From Octopus bimaculoides (Eukaryota), in the NCBI RefSeq assembly GCF_001194135.2, contig NC_068982.1, forward strand, positions 63,037,284-63,069,514: a stretch of DNA of 32,231 bases. Reading direction: 5' to 3'. Below, in pieces: positions 13,351-25,670 of this stretch (positions are counted from its first letter, which is position 1; each line of letters starts with the position of its first letter). The position numbers and the translations under genes are program-made. The notes below the pieces were generated by a model that did no database searches, was not told the DNA's origin, and worked only from the letters and a program-made list of their open reading frames with translations.

Positions 13351-14250
13351 TACAAAATGTTAGGGTTAAATTTGTCTGTTTACATTAAAAGAAAAGACTA
13401 CACAATATCCCACCCAAAAATTAAAGTATTTTAAAAAATATAAAAAATATCAACTAGATCATGGCTGGGAGATAATAGTTTACTCATAGTAGTTACCCTC
13501 AGGTTCCACCACGGCCTCAAGATAACTCTAGAATCTGGCGCATGCGTCCCTCATTATGTCCCTGAGAAGATCTTCTAGCACCTCCTACATCTTGACCACC
13601 AGCTCGGTCTAGTATTCGCAAGCAGAGTGGATAGAATATTTCTCAACTGCACCCCGCACATACTAATACATGAGATTACAATCGAGGAAATTAGAATGTC
13701 AGAAATCGGGGCTGGCGATGTCGTAGAAATTCTACGACTATCACTTCTAGCTCTTTCTAGAAGTATGGCACAGCGCCAACTTCTGCTGCTACACATATGG
13801 CCTTCTAGTAGCTACCCTATCCAGCCAGAGATTGACTTCTGTCTCCAGTAGTTTCACATAGCTCTCTGAATTGAGCCTAAGGTTCTATTCAAAGATGTTG
13901 GGTATGAATTCCAGCTTGCAGACGCAGTCAAAGGCCTGCCGTGTCTCTTCCTGCAGGCTGCAGCTTCGTAGTCTCCGTTGCAATTGTCTATGTCACGTTT
14001 TACAGTATTTATAGTATTCGCTGAGCATTGAGCAGCAGTGATGATGTCGGCATTTTCATACCAGTTGCGAATCATCATGATACAGGCAACTCTTTTCCAA
14101 TTTCCAAATTGCTTCCAGTCCTCCATATCAACTATACTAGAAGTTTACTCGCTATACTCTCTAAGGCCGTTAATTGTTCATCAATACATCAAGCTCTTTA
14201 TAAAAATAAGGAGATGTACAAATCGTGAAATTTAGCTCGAACATCCTGTT
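13351..14250 (-). mobile_element. Internally deleted, decayed Tc1/mariner element of the DD37D (maT) type with degenerate TIRs
   Basis: The N-terminal ORF 13854-14126 (MEDWKQFGNWKRVACIMMIRN...) joins directly to NIFE*NLRLNSESYVKLLETEVNLWLDRVATRRPYV*QQKLALCHTSRKS...DCNLMY*YVRGAVEK...DACARF*SYLEAVVEPEGNYYE* (stop at 13480-13482). The mutated second and third Asp positions are 37 aa apart. The ends TACAAAATGTTAGGGTTAAATTT (13351) and AAATTTAGCTCGAACATCCTGTT (14228-14250) are imperfect inverted repeats. Confidence 0.8.
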
Positions 14251-14558
14251 CTGTATCCACTTTCTTCAACTTCTACCGTACAACTGATACAATAGATCCT
14301 CAGTGCTGATTCGTAACGTATCAATTTCATTCGTTTATTCCTTACTCACTCATATCTCCCCTCACTGCCTTAGTGTCATCCATATTGTGCTCACCATAGA
14401 CACCGTACTAGTCTTTACGTCCGGTCATTTCCCGGAAAAACGTCTCTTCTCTAGTATTCCTGACTTGTGCGACCGTAGAAAATAGATATTGACCGTGTCT
14501 CTCTCACCAGTCCCTGAGGAGGTGTTTTCCTCCAGAACAATTCAGTAAAAAATAATTC

Positions 14559-14704
14559 AAAGAAAAAATAGCATGTGATATAACAGATAAGAGACGTTCT
14601 AATGAAACATCTAGAAATATCTGTTACGACCAAAAGGAAGCATGTATATATATATATATATAAGAACGTCTCTTATCTGTTATATAACATGGCATTTTTT
14701 CTTT
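14559..14704. repeat. 42-bp inverted repeat with a 62-bp spacer (MITE- or foldback-like)
   Basis: 14559-14600 and the reverse complement of 14663-14704 match at 39 of 42 positions. Confidence 0.85.
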
Positions 14705-14724
14705 GTGTATATATATATATATAT

Positions 14725-15677
14725 NNNNNNNNNNNNNNNNNNNNNNNNNNNNNNNNNNNNNNNNNNNNNNNNNNNNNNNNNNNNNNNNNNNNNNNNNNNN
14801 NNNNNNNNNNNNNNNNNNNNNNNNNNNNNNNNNNNNNNNNNNNNNNNNNNNNNNNNNNNNNNNNNNNNNNNNNNNNNNNNNNNNNNNNNNNNNNNNNNNN
14901 NNNNNNNNNNNNNNNNNNNNNNNNNNNNNNNNNNNNNNNNNNNNNNNNNNNNNNNNNNNNNNNNNNNNNNNNNNNNNNNNNNNNNNNNNNNNNNNNNNNN
15001 NNNNNNNNNNNNNNNNNNNNNNNNNNNNNNNNNNNNNNNNNNNNNNNNNNNNNNNNNNNNNNNNNNNNNNNNNNNNNNNNNNNNNNNNNNNNNNNNNNNN
15101 NNNNNNNNNNNNNNNNNNNNNNNNNNNNNNNNNNNNNNNNNNNNNNNNNNNNNNNNNNNNNNNNNNNNNNNNNNNNNNNNNNNNNNNNNNNNNNNNNNNN
15201 NNNNNNNNNNNNNNNNNNNNNNNNNNNNNNNNNNNNNNNNNNNNNNNNNNNNNNNNNNNNNNNNNNNNNNNNNNNNNNNNNNNNNNNNNNNNNNNNNNNN
15301 NNNNNNNNNNNNNNNNNNNNNNNNNNNNNNNNNNNNNNNNNNNNNNNNNNNNNNNNNNNNNNNNNNNNNNNNNNNNNNNNNNNNNNNNNNNNNNNNNNNN
15401 NNNNNNNNNNNNNNNNNNNNNNNNNNNNNNNNNNNNNNNNNNNNNNNNNNNNNNNNNNNNNNNNNNNNNNNNNNNNNNNNNNNNNNNNNNNNNNNNNNNN
15501 NNNNNNNNNNNNNNNNNNNNNNNNNNNNNNNNNNNNNNNNNNNNNNNNNNNNNNNNNNNNNNNNNNNNNNNNNNNNNNNNNNNNNNNNNNNNNNNNNNNN
15601 NNNNNNNNNNNNNNNNNNNNNNNNNNNNNNNNNNNNNNNNNNNNNNNNNNNNNNNNNNNNNNNNNNNNNNNNNNNNN
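14725..15677. other. Assembly gap (largest of seven N runs; the others are 8525-8534, 9484-9979, 22395-22598, 23937-24163, 25148-25531 and 27529-27833)
   Basis: Runs of N, mostly flanked by dinucleotide microsatellites. Confidence 0.99.
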
Positions 15678-16883
15678 GTATGACCAATTAGTTTATTGAA
15701 AGTCATGAGAATATATTTCCCACAAGAAAATTTACATAATGGAAAATGTTTTTATTCTATGTGTCCTCCTTTCTCAATAACTGCCTTCACACGCTTCCTG
15801 AAACTTGCACAAGTGTTCCTCAAATATTCGGGAGACAATTTCTCCCATTCTTCTTTAATAGTATCTTTAAGAGAGTCGACATTGCTGTGTGATGTTCTAT
15901 TGGTAGCATGTTCTAAAACGCCCCAAATAGCATAATCCAGAGGGTTTAGATCTGGGCTAGAAGGCGGCCATAAACATGATTCCAGAAAATTGCTAAAGTT
16001 GGATTTGCAGAAGTCTTGTATTTTTCTACCTGTCTGGGCTGGAGCACCATCCTGTGTCTATACATAATTACCACCTGGGTAGTTTGCTTTAAGCCATGGC
16101 AATACCTGGTGTCTCAGAGTCTTGTAGGAAGTATTAACACTGATCTTTTCATCAGCATTGTAGAATTTTATAGGCATTTTCTTTCCATCGGAAGCCACAA
16201 CACCAAAAGCCATAATTTGAGCAGGATATTTTGTTTTGAATGTCCCCTTAACCTCAGCTGTCATTTCTGCGGTTCAGAACAGCATCGACATTGAAGATCT
16301 TTATATCTGAAAAGATCGTTACAATGGAGGACTTTTTCTTGAACCATGTAACAATTTTATTGCACCTTTCCAATCTCTTTTCCTTCATAGCTGTTGTCAA
16401 CAAGTGTTTTGGTGTTCTTGTGTAAGATTTTTACCTCAAATCATCTTTTTAATGGTTTTGTTGTCTACTTCAAGTTCAATTGCCATTTTTCTCATGGATT
16501 TGGTTGGATCCTTTAGGATTTTGGATTTGAGAGCTTTAATAAAAGCTTTGGTACATTTTTTGTTGATTCCTCCACTTCCAGACTTCCTCGTAATAGTTTG
16601 GCTCATAGCCATTCTATTCTTTACATTATAAACAGCCTTTATGGACTCTCCAAATATTCTTGAAATCTTCTTTGGTGTGACGAGTGCATTCAGCAAATCA
16701 CACACTCTTTGACATTTGCTTTCCTGATTACTCACATGGACAAAAGTTTCTGAAAAGGTAAGGATAATAGTGTCAGGTATGATACTGACATCAATATTTG
16801 CTAGGTTTTAAAACAATTGATTTAGTGCCTGCTGAGAAAAAACAACTTAAAGTTCATTGTAAATTTTGCTTCCCCACCCTGTA
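15678..16883 (-). mobile_element. Near full-length DD37D (maT) Tc1/mariner transposon with a pseudogenized transposase (~15752-16735)
   Basis: HTH region SNQESKCQRVCDLLNA...KDPTKSMRKMAIELEV, first Asp in IFSD, then YV*TQDGAPAQT...WPPSSPDLNPLDYAIW with exactly 37 aa between the second and third Asp, ending ...KAVIEKGGHIE*. It carries frameshifts and stops. The terminus CAGGGTGGGGAAGCAAAATTTACAAT abuts TA at 16882-16883; the other TIR presumably lies in the N gap. Confidence 0.92.
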
Positions 16884-17085
16884 TATCCTCAAATCAGTCC
16901 CTAGCATACTGGGAAAAGAATGGGCGTATTAGATCATGTAGTGCGATATGCTTATAGAACAGATGATATGATCAAGCAGATTTGAACTGGGTTAAACGAC
17001 AACAATTACATCAACACCAACATAAACTAGCACCAACAGTACCACTACTACCACTACAACAACGACCATCATCATTGCCGCCACC

Positions 17086-17131
<46 letters not shown>

Positions 17132-17892
17132 CTAACGACAATAGCAACATTGAATAAGAATTCTCACTTTAATGAATAACTCTGCTCCGATTGCTAGTTT
17201 AGTTATTGTTCTCCCCTGACATATAGTACAACCATTCCGTTTTATCGTTTTAAAGTTATTAATTAAAACTACTTGTTTCAAAAATATCACATTCAGTTCC
17301 CAACTATTGCAACGATTGACTGGCGTTCAGTGATCCTGCGGTTTCATTTGTCATAAGCAATATCAAACTAAAATAGAAATAGTAACAAATATAATAATCC
17401 CGTAGGTATAATCGAACATAGACACACGTCTATAAAGATATGTATGTATGTATGTGTGTGTGTGTCGAAGTTGTTTTTTATCCTGACATATAGTATAACC
17501 ATCCAGTTTTGTAGTCTTACAGTTATAAATTAAAGTTATTGGTTTTAAACATACACCTTCAATTCTCAACTGAAGCTTCAAAAATTTAGATATTATGATA
17601 AATGGAACATAGAAATTAATATATTAAGAGTATACAAAAAGAAAAATTAATAGCGCAGTAAGCACAGACATTTTGTGGAAACTAAAAGAAAAGGGAATGA
17701 TACGGTCTGACTATATAACCATTGATCACTGTTTGAGACGTTAGAGACTAACTTCGACATTAGCATAGTAAATATAACGCTTTCAAAACAGTTTGTGCTA
17801 AGTAATGTGCAAAGTAATGTAATTAATATATATTTATACCAACACACACGCACACACACACACACAGTCGATTCAAATAAACAAACAATTCA

Positions 17893-17894
<2 letters not shown>

Positions 17895-17978
<84 letters not shown>

Positions 17979-17998
17979 TGTGTGTATGTGTGTGTGTG

Positions 17999-18029
<31 letters not shown>

Positions 18030-18038
18030 TTGTGTGTG
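17895..18038. repeat. (TG)n microsatellite
   Basis: Read directly from the sequence. Confidence 0.95.
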
Positions 18039-18042
18039 CTTG

Positions 18043-18276
18043 TACGAAGTAGTATCAAAAGGTTCCTAGACTAGTTATGTTTAGTAAAAAAAACTTATTT
18101 AGCTAGGTTTTAACACCATCTCCTTCGAAATAGTCACTTTGCGCAGCAATACACCAGTCCTACCGTTCATGCTACTTTTGGAATCTGTCCTGGAAGTCGT
18201 TTTTTCGTAAGCGAGTCGAGGACCTTCTGCGATTCGCACTTGATCTTGGCAACAGAGTTAAAGCGGTGACTTTGAA
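18043..18276 (-). mobile_element. mariner transposon 3' end (transposase C-terminus plus TIR)
   Basis: Minus-strand translation K(G)HRFNSVAKIKCESQKVLDSLTK/NDFQDRFQK*HER*DWCIAAQSDYFEGDGVKT* matches the typical mariner C-terminus (WxxRWxxCIxxxGDYFEGD). A TIR-like TACGAAGTAGTATCAAAAGGTTCC starts at TA 18043. Confidence 0.8.
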
Positions 18277-20310
18277 CTTATCAGTAAGAATATCTAAGGT
18301 AGCAGTTTTAGCATGGGTTTTCATACGCTTAGCTTTTTCTGTGCTTGTATCTAGTACGTCTAATTCTGGAATTTCACTTAAATATTCCTTTGCCTGTTTT
18401 GTTACTGAGAATGATGCTTTCTTGTTTTCATGCTTTGAGACAAGTTTTTCAGGTAGGTGTCTAGGCCAATTGTGGCAATCTTCATTGTTAATTCCAGTTG
18501 TAAAAGTCCACGGCCTCCCTCTTTTCTTCACAGGTTAAGTCGTGCTATATCTGCCTTAGGGTGCTGCAGTCTGTGCATTGTCAACAATTTTCGTATTTTT
18601 CTGTCAAGATTACATATTTCAGTAATTAACCAGCTAATGATATTGAAACTGTAAGTCACGACTGGTATGGCTAAAGTACTGATCGCTTCGATCCTGTTTC
18701 TTGCATTCAGTTCTGTCTTGAGTATTGCTCTTACCCTGCTATAACATTCTCTTCTGCTCCTTTCCCTCATCACTGAATGTTTGATTCCGTCCCCTTCAAA
18801 TACCCCTAGGTATTTGTAGCTCTCCGCTGGCTCTAATCCCTTTATGACATTCTGCTGGTCAAGATTAACATCGTATGTTTCTGTCATTTTTTCTTTGATA
18901 AAGGTAGCTTGTGCACATTTATCGAGGCTAAATTGTATCCCGATGTCATCATTGAATTGTTTAACAATCGCTAGTAAGCCCTGTAGTTGTTGGTCATTTT
19001 TTTCTAAAAGCTTTAAGTCATCCATGTGTAAATGAGATGATTTATATTTCTATCAAACATTTTATAACCGTATTGTACATCATTGAGCAATTTCGAGAGA
19101 GGTATTAAGGCTAGACAAAAGAGGAGTGTTGATAGAGAGTCACCCTGGAAAATGCCACATAAAATTCTTACATCTCCAGCATCAAGTGATTCATTGTCAC
19201 TGTTCAATGTCAGTGTGCTTCTCCATGATCTTATACTTACAGACAAGAGGTTTCGCAGAGTAAGTTCTATTTTTTTACATTTCCAAACATTTCTTAATCC
19301 ACCAGTGTGGTAGACTTTCAAAAGCTTTTTTATAGTCTGTCCAGGCTATCGACAAGTTTTTGTGTTGTTTGCGATAATCTTACGATCTTCCAAGATAATC
19401 GTATTGATGATTAGTTGATCTTTACAACCATAGGGCCCACATTTACATCCTTTTTGCTCATTAGAGAATACGCCACTTTCTATTAAAAAACTATAGGTAC
19501 ATTCAGTCAAGACAGATGTTAGCATTTCATACATTGTTGTTAAGCAAGTTATGAATCTATAATTTTTAGTTCATTTGTTTCTTCATATTCTGGAAGTAGG
19601 AATCTTACACCATTAACTAGCCAAGAGGGAATCGTACAAGGTTGTTGCAAAACATGGTTGTGAAGTTTTGTTAGCAGTTCAGGGTTGTCTGGGAAGGCAT
19701 TCAACCAGAAGTTAAGAATTCCACCCTTTCCCGAAGACTTCCATTTGCTTGACTTCCTAAGAGCAGATCTTACATCCTCTACCTTGATACTCTCCTACTT
19801 TTGCACTCCTAAGGAGTCTACGTCTGTAGATATTCTATCAATCCAAGGGGCCTTTTCGTTGTGTGTTTTTCCGTCTGCCCAAATTTTATTCCAGAATTCC
19901 TGCACATCTTTTGATGGGACAGACTTTACTGTGACTGGTATTATTCCTATCTTCCTGTAAAATGTTTGAGGCTATTTTTGATCATGTTGTCCTTGAAGAA
20001 TCTAACGCGCTTTTCACACCTTGCTATGCGGGCCGCTTTAGCACACACATTTTGCTCCATGGTTGCTATGGTGGTATCGATGTCAAACATGGTTTTCATA
20101 TTATATTTTTCTTTAATTTTAGGGTTTTTGTTGGTTTGATAGTCTTGTCAAACTTAAGGTTTTTAAACATTCTATGCCAGACCTTCATATTTTCGTCACT
20201 TCTAAAGACTGACGCTGGTGTAACCATAATATAAGGATAAGATAACTCAGCATTGAAATGTCCAAGTGTGTTATAATCTTCTATAAAAATAGAAGGCATT
20301 GTCTACCTCA
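18277..20310 (-). mobile_element. Dong/R4-clade non-LTR retrotransposon, internal fragment with a disrupted reverse transcriptase
   Basis: Motifs across several frameshifts: EQKGCK...GCKDQLIIN, AWTDYKKAFESLPHWWI, GIFQGDSLSTLLFCLALIPLS, HLIY/MDDLKL, FSLDKC, YKYLGV, LDRKIRKLLTMHRLQHPKADIARL. The CCHC/RLE C-terminus and both termini are missing. Confidence 0.9.
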
Positions 20311-20596
20311 ACAGAATTTGAAAGTATTAATTTCTAGCATAGACAATACCTCAGATTTTGTACAGGTCCTTTACGTTAGTGTTAGAGGAAAAGAAAAGTT
20401 GCCGTCGGTGCGATTGGAACTTGAAAGGTGAAAGTATATAACTAAATACGACAATGCATTTTTACGACCTTCTTGTGAGGTTCTCTACCATTCCTTGCTC
20501 TTACATGACATCTTCTTACTATAATGAGCGTTATGTCCGCGAGTCTGTCTGTACCTTCTTCACAGGCAAACGGCTGGACCAATGGTCACGATGTTT

Positions 20597-20828
20597 TTCA
20601 GGATTACGAAGGGAGTAACCAGGAAGGTTTTTAGCGAAAAAAATGTGAAAAACTATGGTTATTTAGTGGATATTGATCGTAATTGTTCAGTTTACGGCCG
20701 TAAAAAAGTAAATAAAAATTGAGAAGCTAAATAAAAGAAGCAAAACAAAGTAAGTCAACTTCTTCGGAATTACGAAGGAGGTAATCAGGAAAAAATGGGA
20801 AAAAATATGATTATTTAGTGGAGATTGA
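20597..20828. repeat. Two imperfect direct repeats of ~66-80 bp (20597-20676 and 20763-20828)
   Basis: Shared ATTACGAAGG..GTAA.CAGGAA...AAAATG.GAAAAA.TATG.TTATTTAGTGGA.ATTGA; the second copy lacks about 13 bp. Confidence 0.7.
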
Positions 20829-21726
20829 GAGATGTAGTAATAAATCACTTTTGACTTTTTTTGTTAAAATTCCGGCGAATAGGATTAACTCTGGAGAATA
20901 CCTCACCTCTGTATAGTTCGTGAGGTTGCAAGGTTTAGATTTGCGATACTATCCCTTTATTTCCCATCGTAGGTGGGCAGATTCCTAAAGATTCCGCTTA
21001 CGCATTCACAGCAAGCAACACACAGAGCTAGGCTTTAGATCGTGTAGGTGTTTTTTTTACCCACTTCGATGTTTACACACAGCTAGTTATACGTCGCTAT
21101 GAGTAGAGCAACGGACTCCAATAATTTGAAAATTAGTGTCGACCAAACAGAAAATATCGTCTACAAAGAAGTTTTGTAATCATACTGATATTATTGAAAG
21201 GAATATGATTCATAATTTAAATAAGGAGATTTGTGAACTTTGAATGTATAAGAGTATAAACAAGCGTAAAATAGTGTAAACTACTAAAATAAAAGTATAT
21301 CTAAATAACATTATTTTCTAAATACTTTTTATGTAGTGGTCGAAGGAAAGTCTGGTTTTCGTTAGTAGTGGTCCACAAAGCCATTCATGATACAGAGGCT
21401 GGGAGCCTATTTCAGTTCGGGAGTGAATCGTCATCACATGTCACTTAGTCGCGAATGCATGTCATATAACTGAAATAAAATGCTGTATCACCAACAATAA
21501 TGTGATTTCTCTAAGACATCACCCAGTAATATATCAAGTCCATTTACACATTTCTCAATACATTCTGCTGTTATGGCTTCCCTACCACATTTTATGCTTC
21601 CATCGTAGATGGGTAGATTTGCTAGTAATAATAATACAAGCTATATCTCTACTTTGGCGAGTGTATATTGAAATATAGCTATGTCTAAGCGTGTAGATAA
21701 TATTGGAATGCAATTGTATCGTACAA

Positions 21727-21757
<31 letters not shown>

Positions 21758-22661
21758 GTGTGTGTGCATCTATGTATGTATATGTGTATATGTACATGTG
21801 TGCACGTATGTGTGTGTGCGTGTGTGTGTTCGTTGTGTGTGTATGGACTAATATGACTGGATAGGAGTTAACGTGTGTATATAAGCTTTGGAAACGTGAA
21901 AACGCGTTGTATATACAAGCATGATGAGTGATGTAGCGTGCCTGGATATGTGTGCATTTTCTAGATTTGCAACCGTATCTACTTATACGCATGCATATAT
22001 TTATTTGTATATAGACATAAACACACATATGCATATACCTACACTATCATGTATGTGTGTGCATATGGCATTCTGTATTTTTTCTCTTATACTTTTTAAA
22101 TACTTTCTTTTGGCACACGCTTGCTTCCACGCATGCTCACATACATGAGCGTCTGCCAAAAAAAAAAAAAAGAAAAACAAATTTAAAAAGTACATATACA
22201 TTGGAAAAGAAACAATATGCCAACTCACACGGCAACGAATTATTATCTGTAACAAGTTAAGAGAAATCTTGTACAATCCGTCTTTAATTGGATCGACTAG
22301 TTTTCCAGAAACAACTGAGAATAATGCGGGTCTTTGTGTCTTGTGTGAGTGTGTGAGTGTGTGAGTGTGTGTGTGTGTGTGCGTATATATATATNNNNNN
22401 NNNNNNNNNNNNNNNNNNNNNNNNNNNNNNNNNNNNNNNNNNNNNNNNNNNNNNNNNNNNNNNNNNNNNNNNNNNNNNNNNNNNNNNNNNNNNNNNNNNN
22501 NNNNNNNNNNNNNNNNNNNNNNNNNNNNNNNNNNNNNNNNNNNNNNNNNNNNNNNNNNNNNNNNNNNNNNNNNNNNNNNNNNNNNNNNNNNNNNNNNNTA
22601 TATATATATATATATATATGTAATATTTGCTTGTGTGTTTATTTATGTATATATGTACATT

Positions 22662-22695
<34 letters not shown>

Positions 22696-22999
22696 TATCA
22701 TATACGCATACATGCACAAACGCATACAATCACACAAAATACAGACACACATATATATATCCACAATATATACATACATATATATACGCACATATGTATG
22801 TATATATGTATATGCATATACATACATATATATATATATGTAAAACAATTTAAAAATGAAACGAAAAAGAATAAAATAAGCAATGTGTCCCTTAAAAAAT
22901 ATATAAGTATAAAAATGAGATAGCTGACAAAGAAAGTGAAAAATATTAAGGAAGAAACAGTTACAGCGACAATAAAAAACAGCAACAACAACAACAATG

Positions 23000-23050
<51 letters not shown>

Positions 23051-24773
23051 GGGATAGAACGCATTATGCCAAGAATTAAAAAAATGATCGAATTGTAAAT
23101 AATCTAAAACAAAAACAAAAACATACACAAAAAAAAAGATTATTAAAAATTCACGAAACGAAACGATTTCATGGTAGACTCTTAGTGATGATAATGATGA
23201 TGATGATGATGATGATGATGATGTGAGTGGTCGTGCTACCGCTGTTGATGATGATGATGATGATCATCATTATCGTCAACTTCATCATTATTATCCTAAT
23301 GAGGAAGGTGGTGGTGGTGTTGGTGGTGATAATAGTGATGTTGATGATAGCGAGAGTGACAATGTTAATTTTGATAGAACAGAACCATGATCAAACGTAT
23401 TGTAATCATGACCACGCCATATGTTTTTTTTTTTAATTGTATTTTGATGGGGTTTTTTTAAATTGTTTTTTTTTGTTTTTTTTTTACCTGACAGTGAAAT
23501 TACTACATTATACAATGTGCACTTCTTTTTTATAAATTAAGACTGGATGGTGACCTGGCTGCTATCTCTAGCAGATTGTCTATACTGAATGATGTTACTG
23601 ATGTTGATGAAGTCATAAAGGATGTTGATTATTGTAATTATGATGATTGGCGATCGCCAGGCTACTTCTTAAAAACTCAGAGATTTAGTTCCAGCAACAT
23701 TCGTGGAATTCTTGTTCGTCACCGCACCATATCATCATCATCATCATCATCCTCATCTTGCATTTCCTCCTCATCATCATCGTCGTCGTCGTCGCCACAG
23801 CACCAGTACAAGTAGCATCTTCAAAATCGTAGTGAACAGTGTTTCCTTTGCGTTTTCTCTTCCTTCTCCATCTGTGTGTGTGTGTGTCTCTCTCTCTCTC
23901 TCTCCCTCTCTCTCTCTCTCTCCCTCTCTCTCTCTCNNNNNNNNNNNNNNNNNNNNNNNNNNNNNNNNNNNNNNNNNNNNNNNNNNNNNNNNNNNNNNNN
24001 NNNNNNNNNNNNNNNNNNNNNNNNNNNNNNNNNNNNNNNNNNNNNNNNNNNNNNNNNNNNNNNNNNNNNNNNNNNNNNNNNNNNNNNNNNNNNNNNNNNN
24101 NNNNNNNNNNNNNNNNNNNNNNNNNNNNNNNNNNNNNNNNNNNNNNNNNNNNNNNNNNNNNNNAAAAGAGAGAGAGAGAGAGATAAGAGAAGAAAAAAAG
24201 AAAATGAGAGAGAGAGAGAACTAGGATGTATTTTCCTCTATAATAAGCCATGCTCTGATTTCACATGCCGTTTCTCTTATTTTTCCCTTTCTTCCATTCT
24301 TCATCTTTATACAATTCTCATTATCGCCCCCCCCCTTTTTCTCTGCCTCAATATAACTATCTTTTTGCCAGTTTCTGTCTGTTTTATATACAGAGAGAGA
24401 GAAAAAAAGCGAGCAGGAAAAAAAGGGAGAAATAAGGAGACAGAGAGAGCGACAAGAGGAAAAGTAACAGATATAGATATAGGTAGAGAGCTAGAGAATA
24501 AGTATTTGTTCCTGCAAGACATACTGTGATGGCTTCTCTTTTGCGAATATTATACTTTTCTCACACTCTGTCTCTCAGCTTTTCCCCTCTGTCCACTTCA
24601 CTGTATCTCTGTCGTTATCCATCATCTTTTTTATCTTCTCATCCAATTTTTTCCCCTCTAATATACAGTGAGCGAGCGAGAGAGAGAAAAAGAGGAGCGG
24701 AGGAGAGGTTTGCTCTCATGACTAGCCATACCATAACGATTTCACTTTTAGAGATAGAACGCTTTCGTTTGTC

Positions 24774-24813
24774 TCTCAGCGATTCTCAGCGAATCTCAGC
24801 GAATCTCAGCGAC
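24774..24813. repeat. 10-bp tandem repeat, (TCTCAGCGAN)x4
   Basis: TCTCAGCGAT TCTCAGCGAA TCTCAGCGAA TCTCAGCGAC read directly from the sequence. Confidence 0.9.
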
Positions 24814-25573
24814 TTTCTATTACCTCCACCCTTCTCTCTCTCCATCTCTTTCCCTCTCTGTGTCTGTCTGTCTCTGTCTCTGTCCCTCTCTCTCTCCCTG
24901 TCGCTCTTTCTTTCTATAGCAATATCTTGTTTCCCCTGCTTTTGTTTCTTTAATTTAGTACTACAGTATGATATTTTCAAGCCAATTTCTTGCTGCGAAT
25001 TCTAACCATGATGCTGAAAATTAGTGCATCTCATCACTTCACACCAACCTTCCCCGTATCATTCTCAACACACAGAAAACACACACACACACACATACAC
25101 ACACATATACATATACATACATTCATACATATATATATATATATATANNNNNNNNNNNNNNNNNNNNNNNNNNNNNNNNNNNNNNNNNNNNNNNNNNNNN
25201 NNNNNNNNNNNNNNNNNNNNNNNNNNNNNNNNNNNNNNNNNNNNNNNNNNNNNNNNNNNNNNNNNNNNNNNNNNNNNNNNNNNNNNNNNNNNNNNNNNNN
25301 NNNNNNNNNNNNNNNNNNNNNNNNNNNNNNNNNNNNNNNNNNNNNNNNNNNNNNNNNNNNNNNNNNNNNNNNNNNNNNNNNNNNNNNNNNNNNNNNNNNN
25401 NNNNNNNNNNNNNNNNNNNNNNNNNNNNNNNNNNNNNNNNNNNNNNNNNNNNNNNNNNNNNNNNNNNNNNNNNNNNNNNNNNNNNNNNNNNNNNNNNNNN
25501 NNNNNNNNNNNNNNNNNNNNNNNNNNNNNNNTTTTGTTGTTGTTAGTGTCTTTTGTTATTCTTGTAGCTGTTG

Positions 25574-25670
25574 ATCATCATCATCATCATCATCATCATC
25601 ACCACCACCACCACCACCACCACCACCACCACTACCACCACCACCATCATCACCATCATCATCATCATCG
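25574..25670. repeat. Compound (CAT)n/(CAC)n microsatellite
   Basis: Read directly; it produces the poly-H ORF artefact. Confidence 0.92.

Noticed and set aside
14514-14540. CTGAGGA, a canonical hammerhead core match
   Set aside because: No GAAA follows a stem II, and the GGAGG/CCTCC hairpin consumes the core itself.
13351-20310. Four consecutive transposon fragments all on the minus strand, resembling a piRNA cluster
   Set aside because: Four co-oriented elements occur by chance about one time in eight, and no small-RNA data are available.
23498-23815. Plus-strand open frame LDGDLAAISSRL...SSSSPQHQYK
   Set aside because: No recognisable domain, partly built from CAT/CGT repeats, and lacking convincing splice support.
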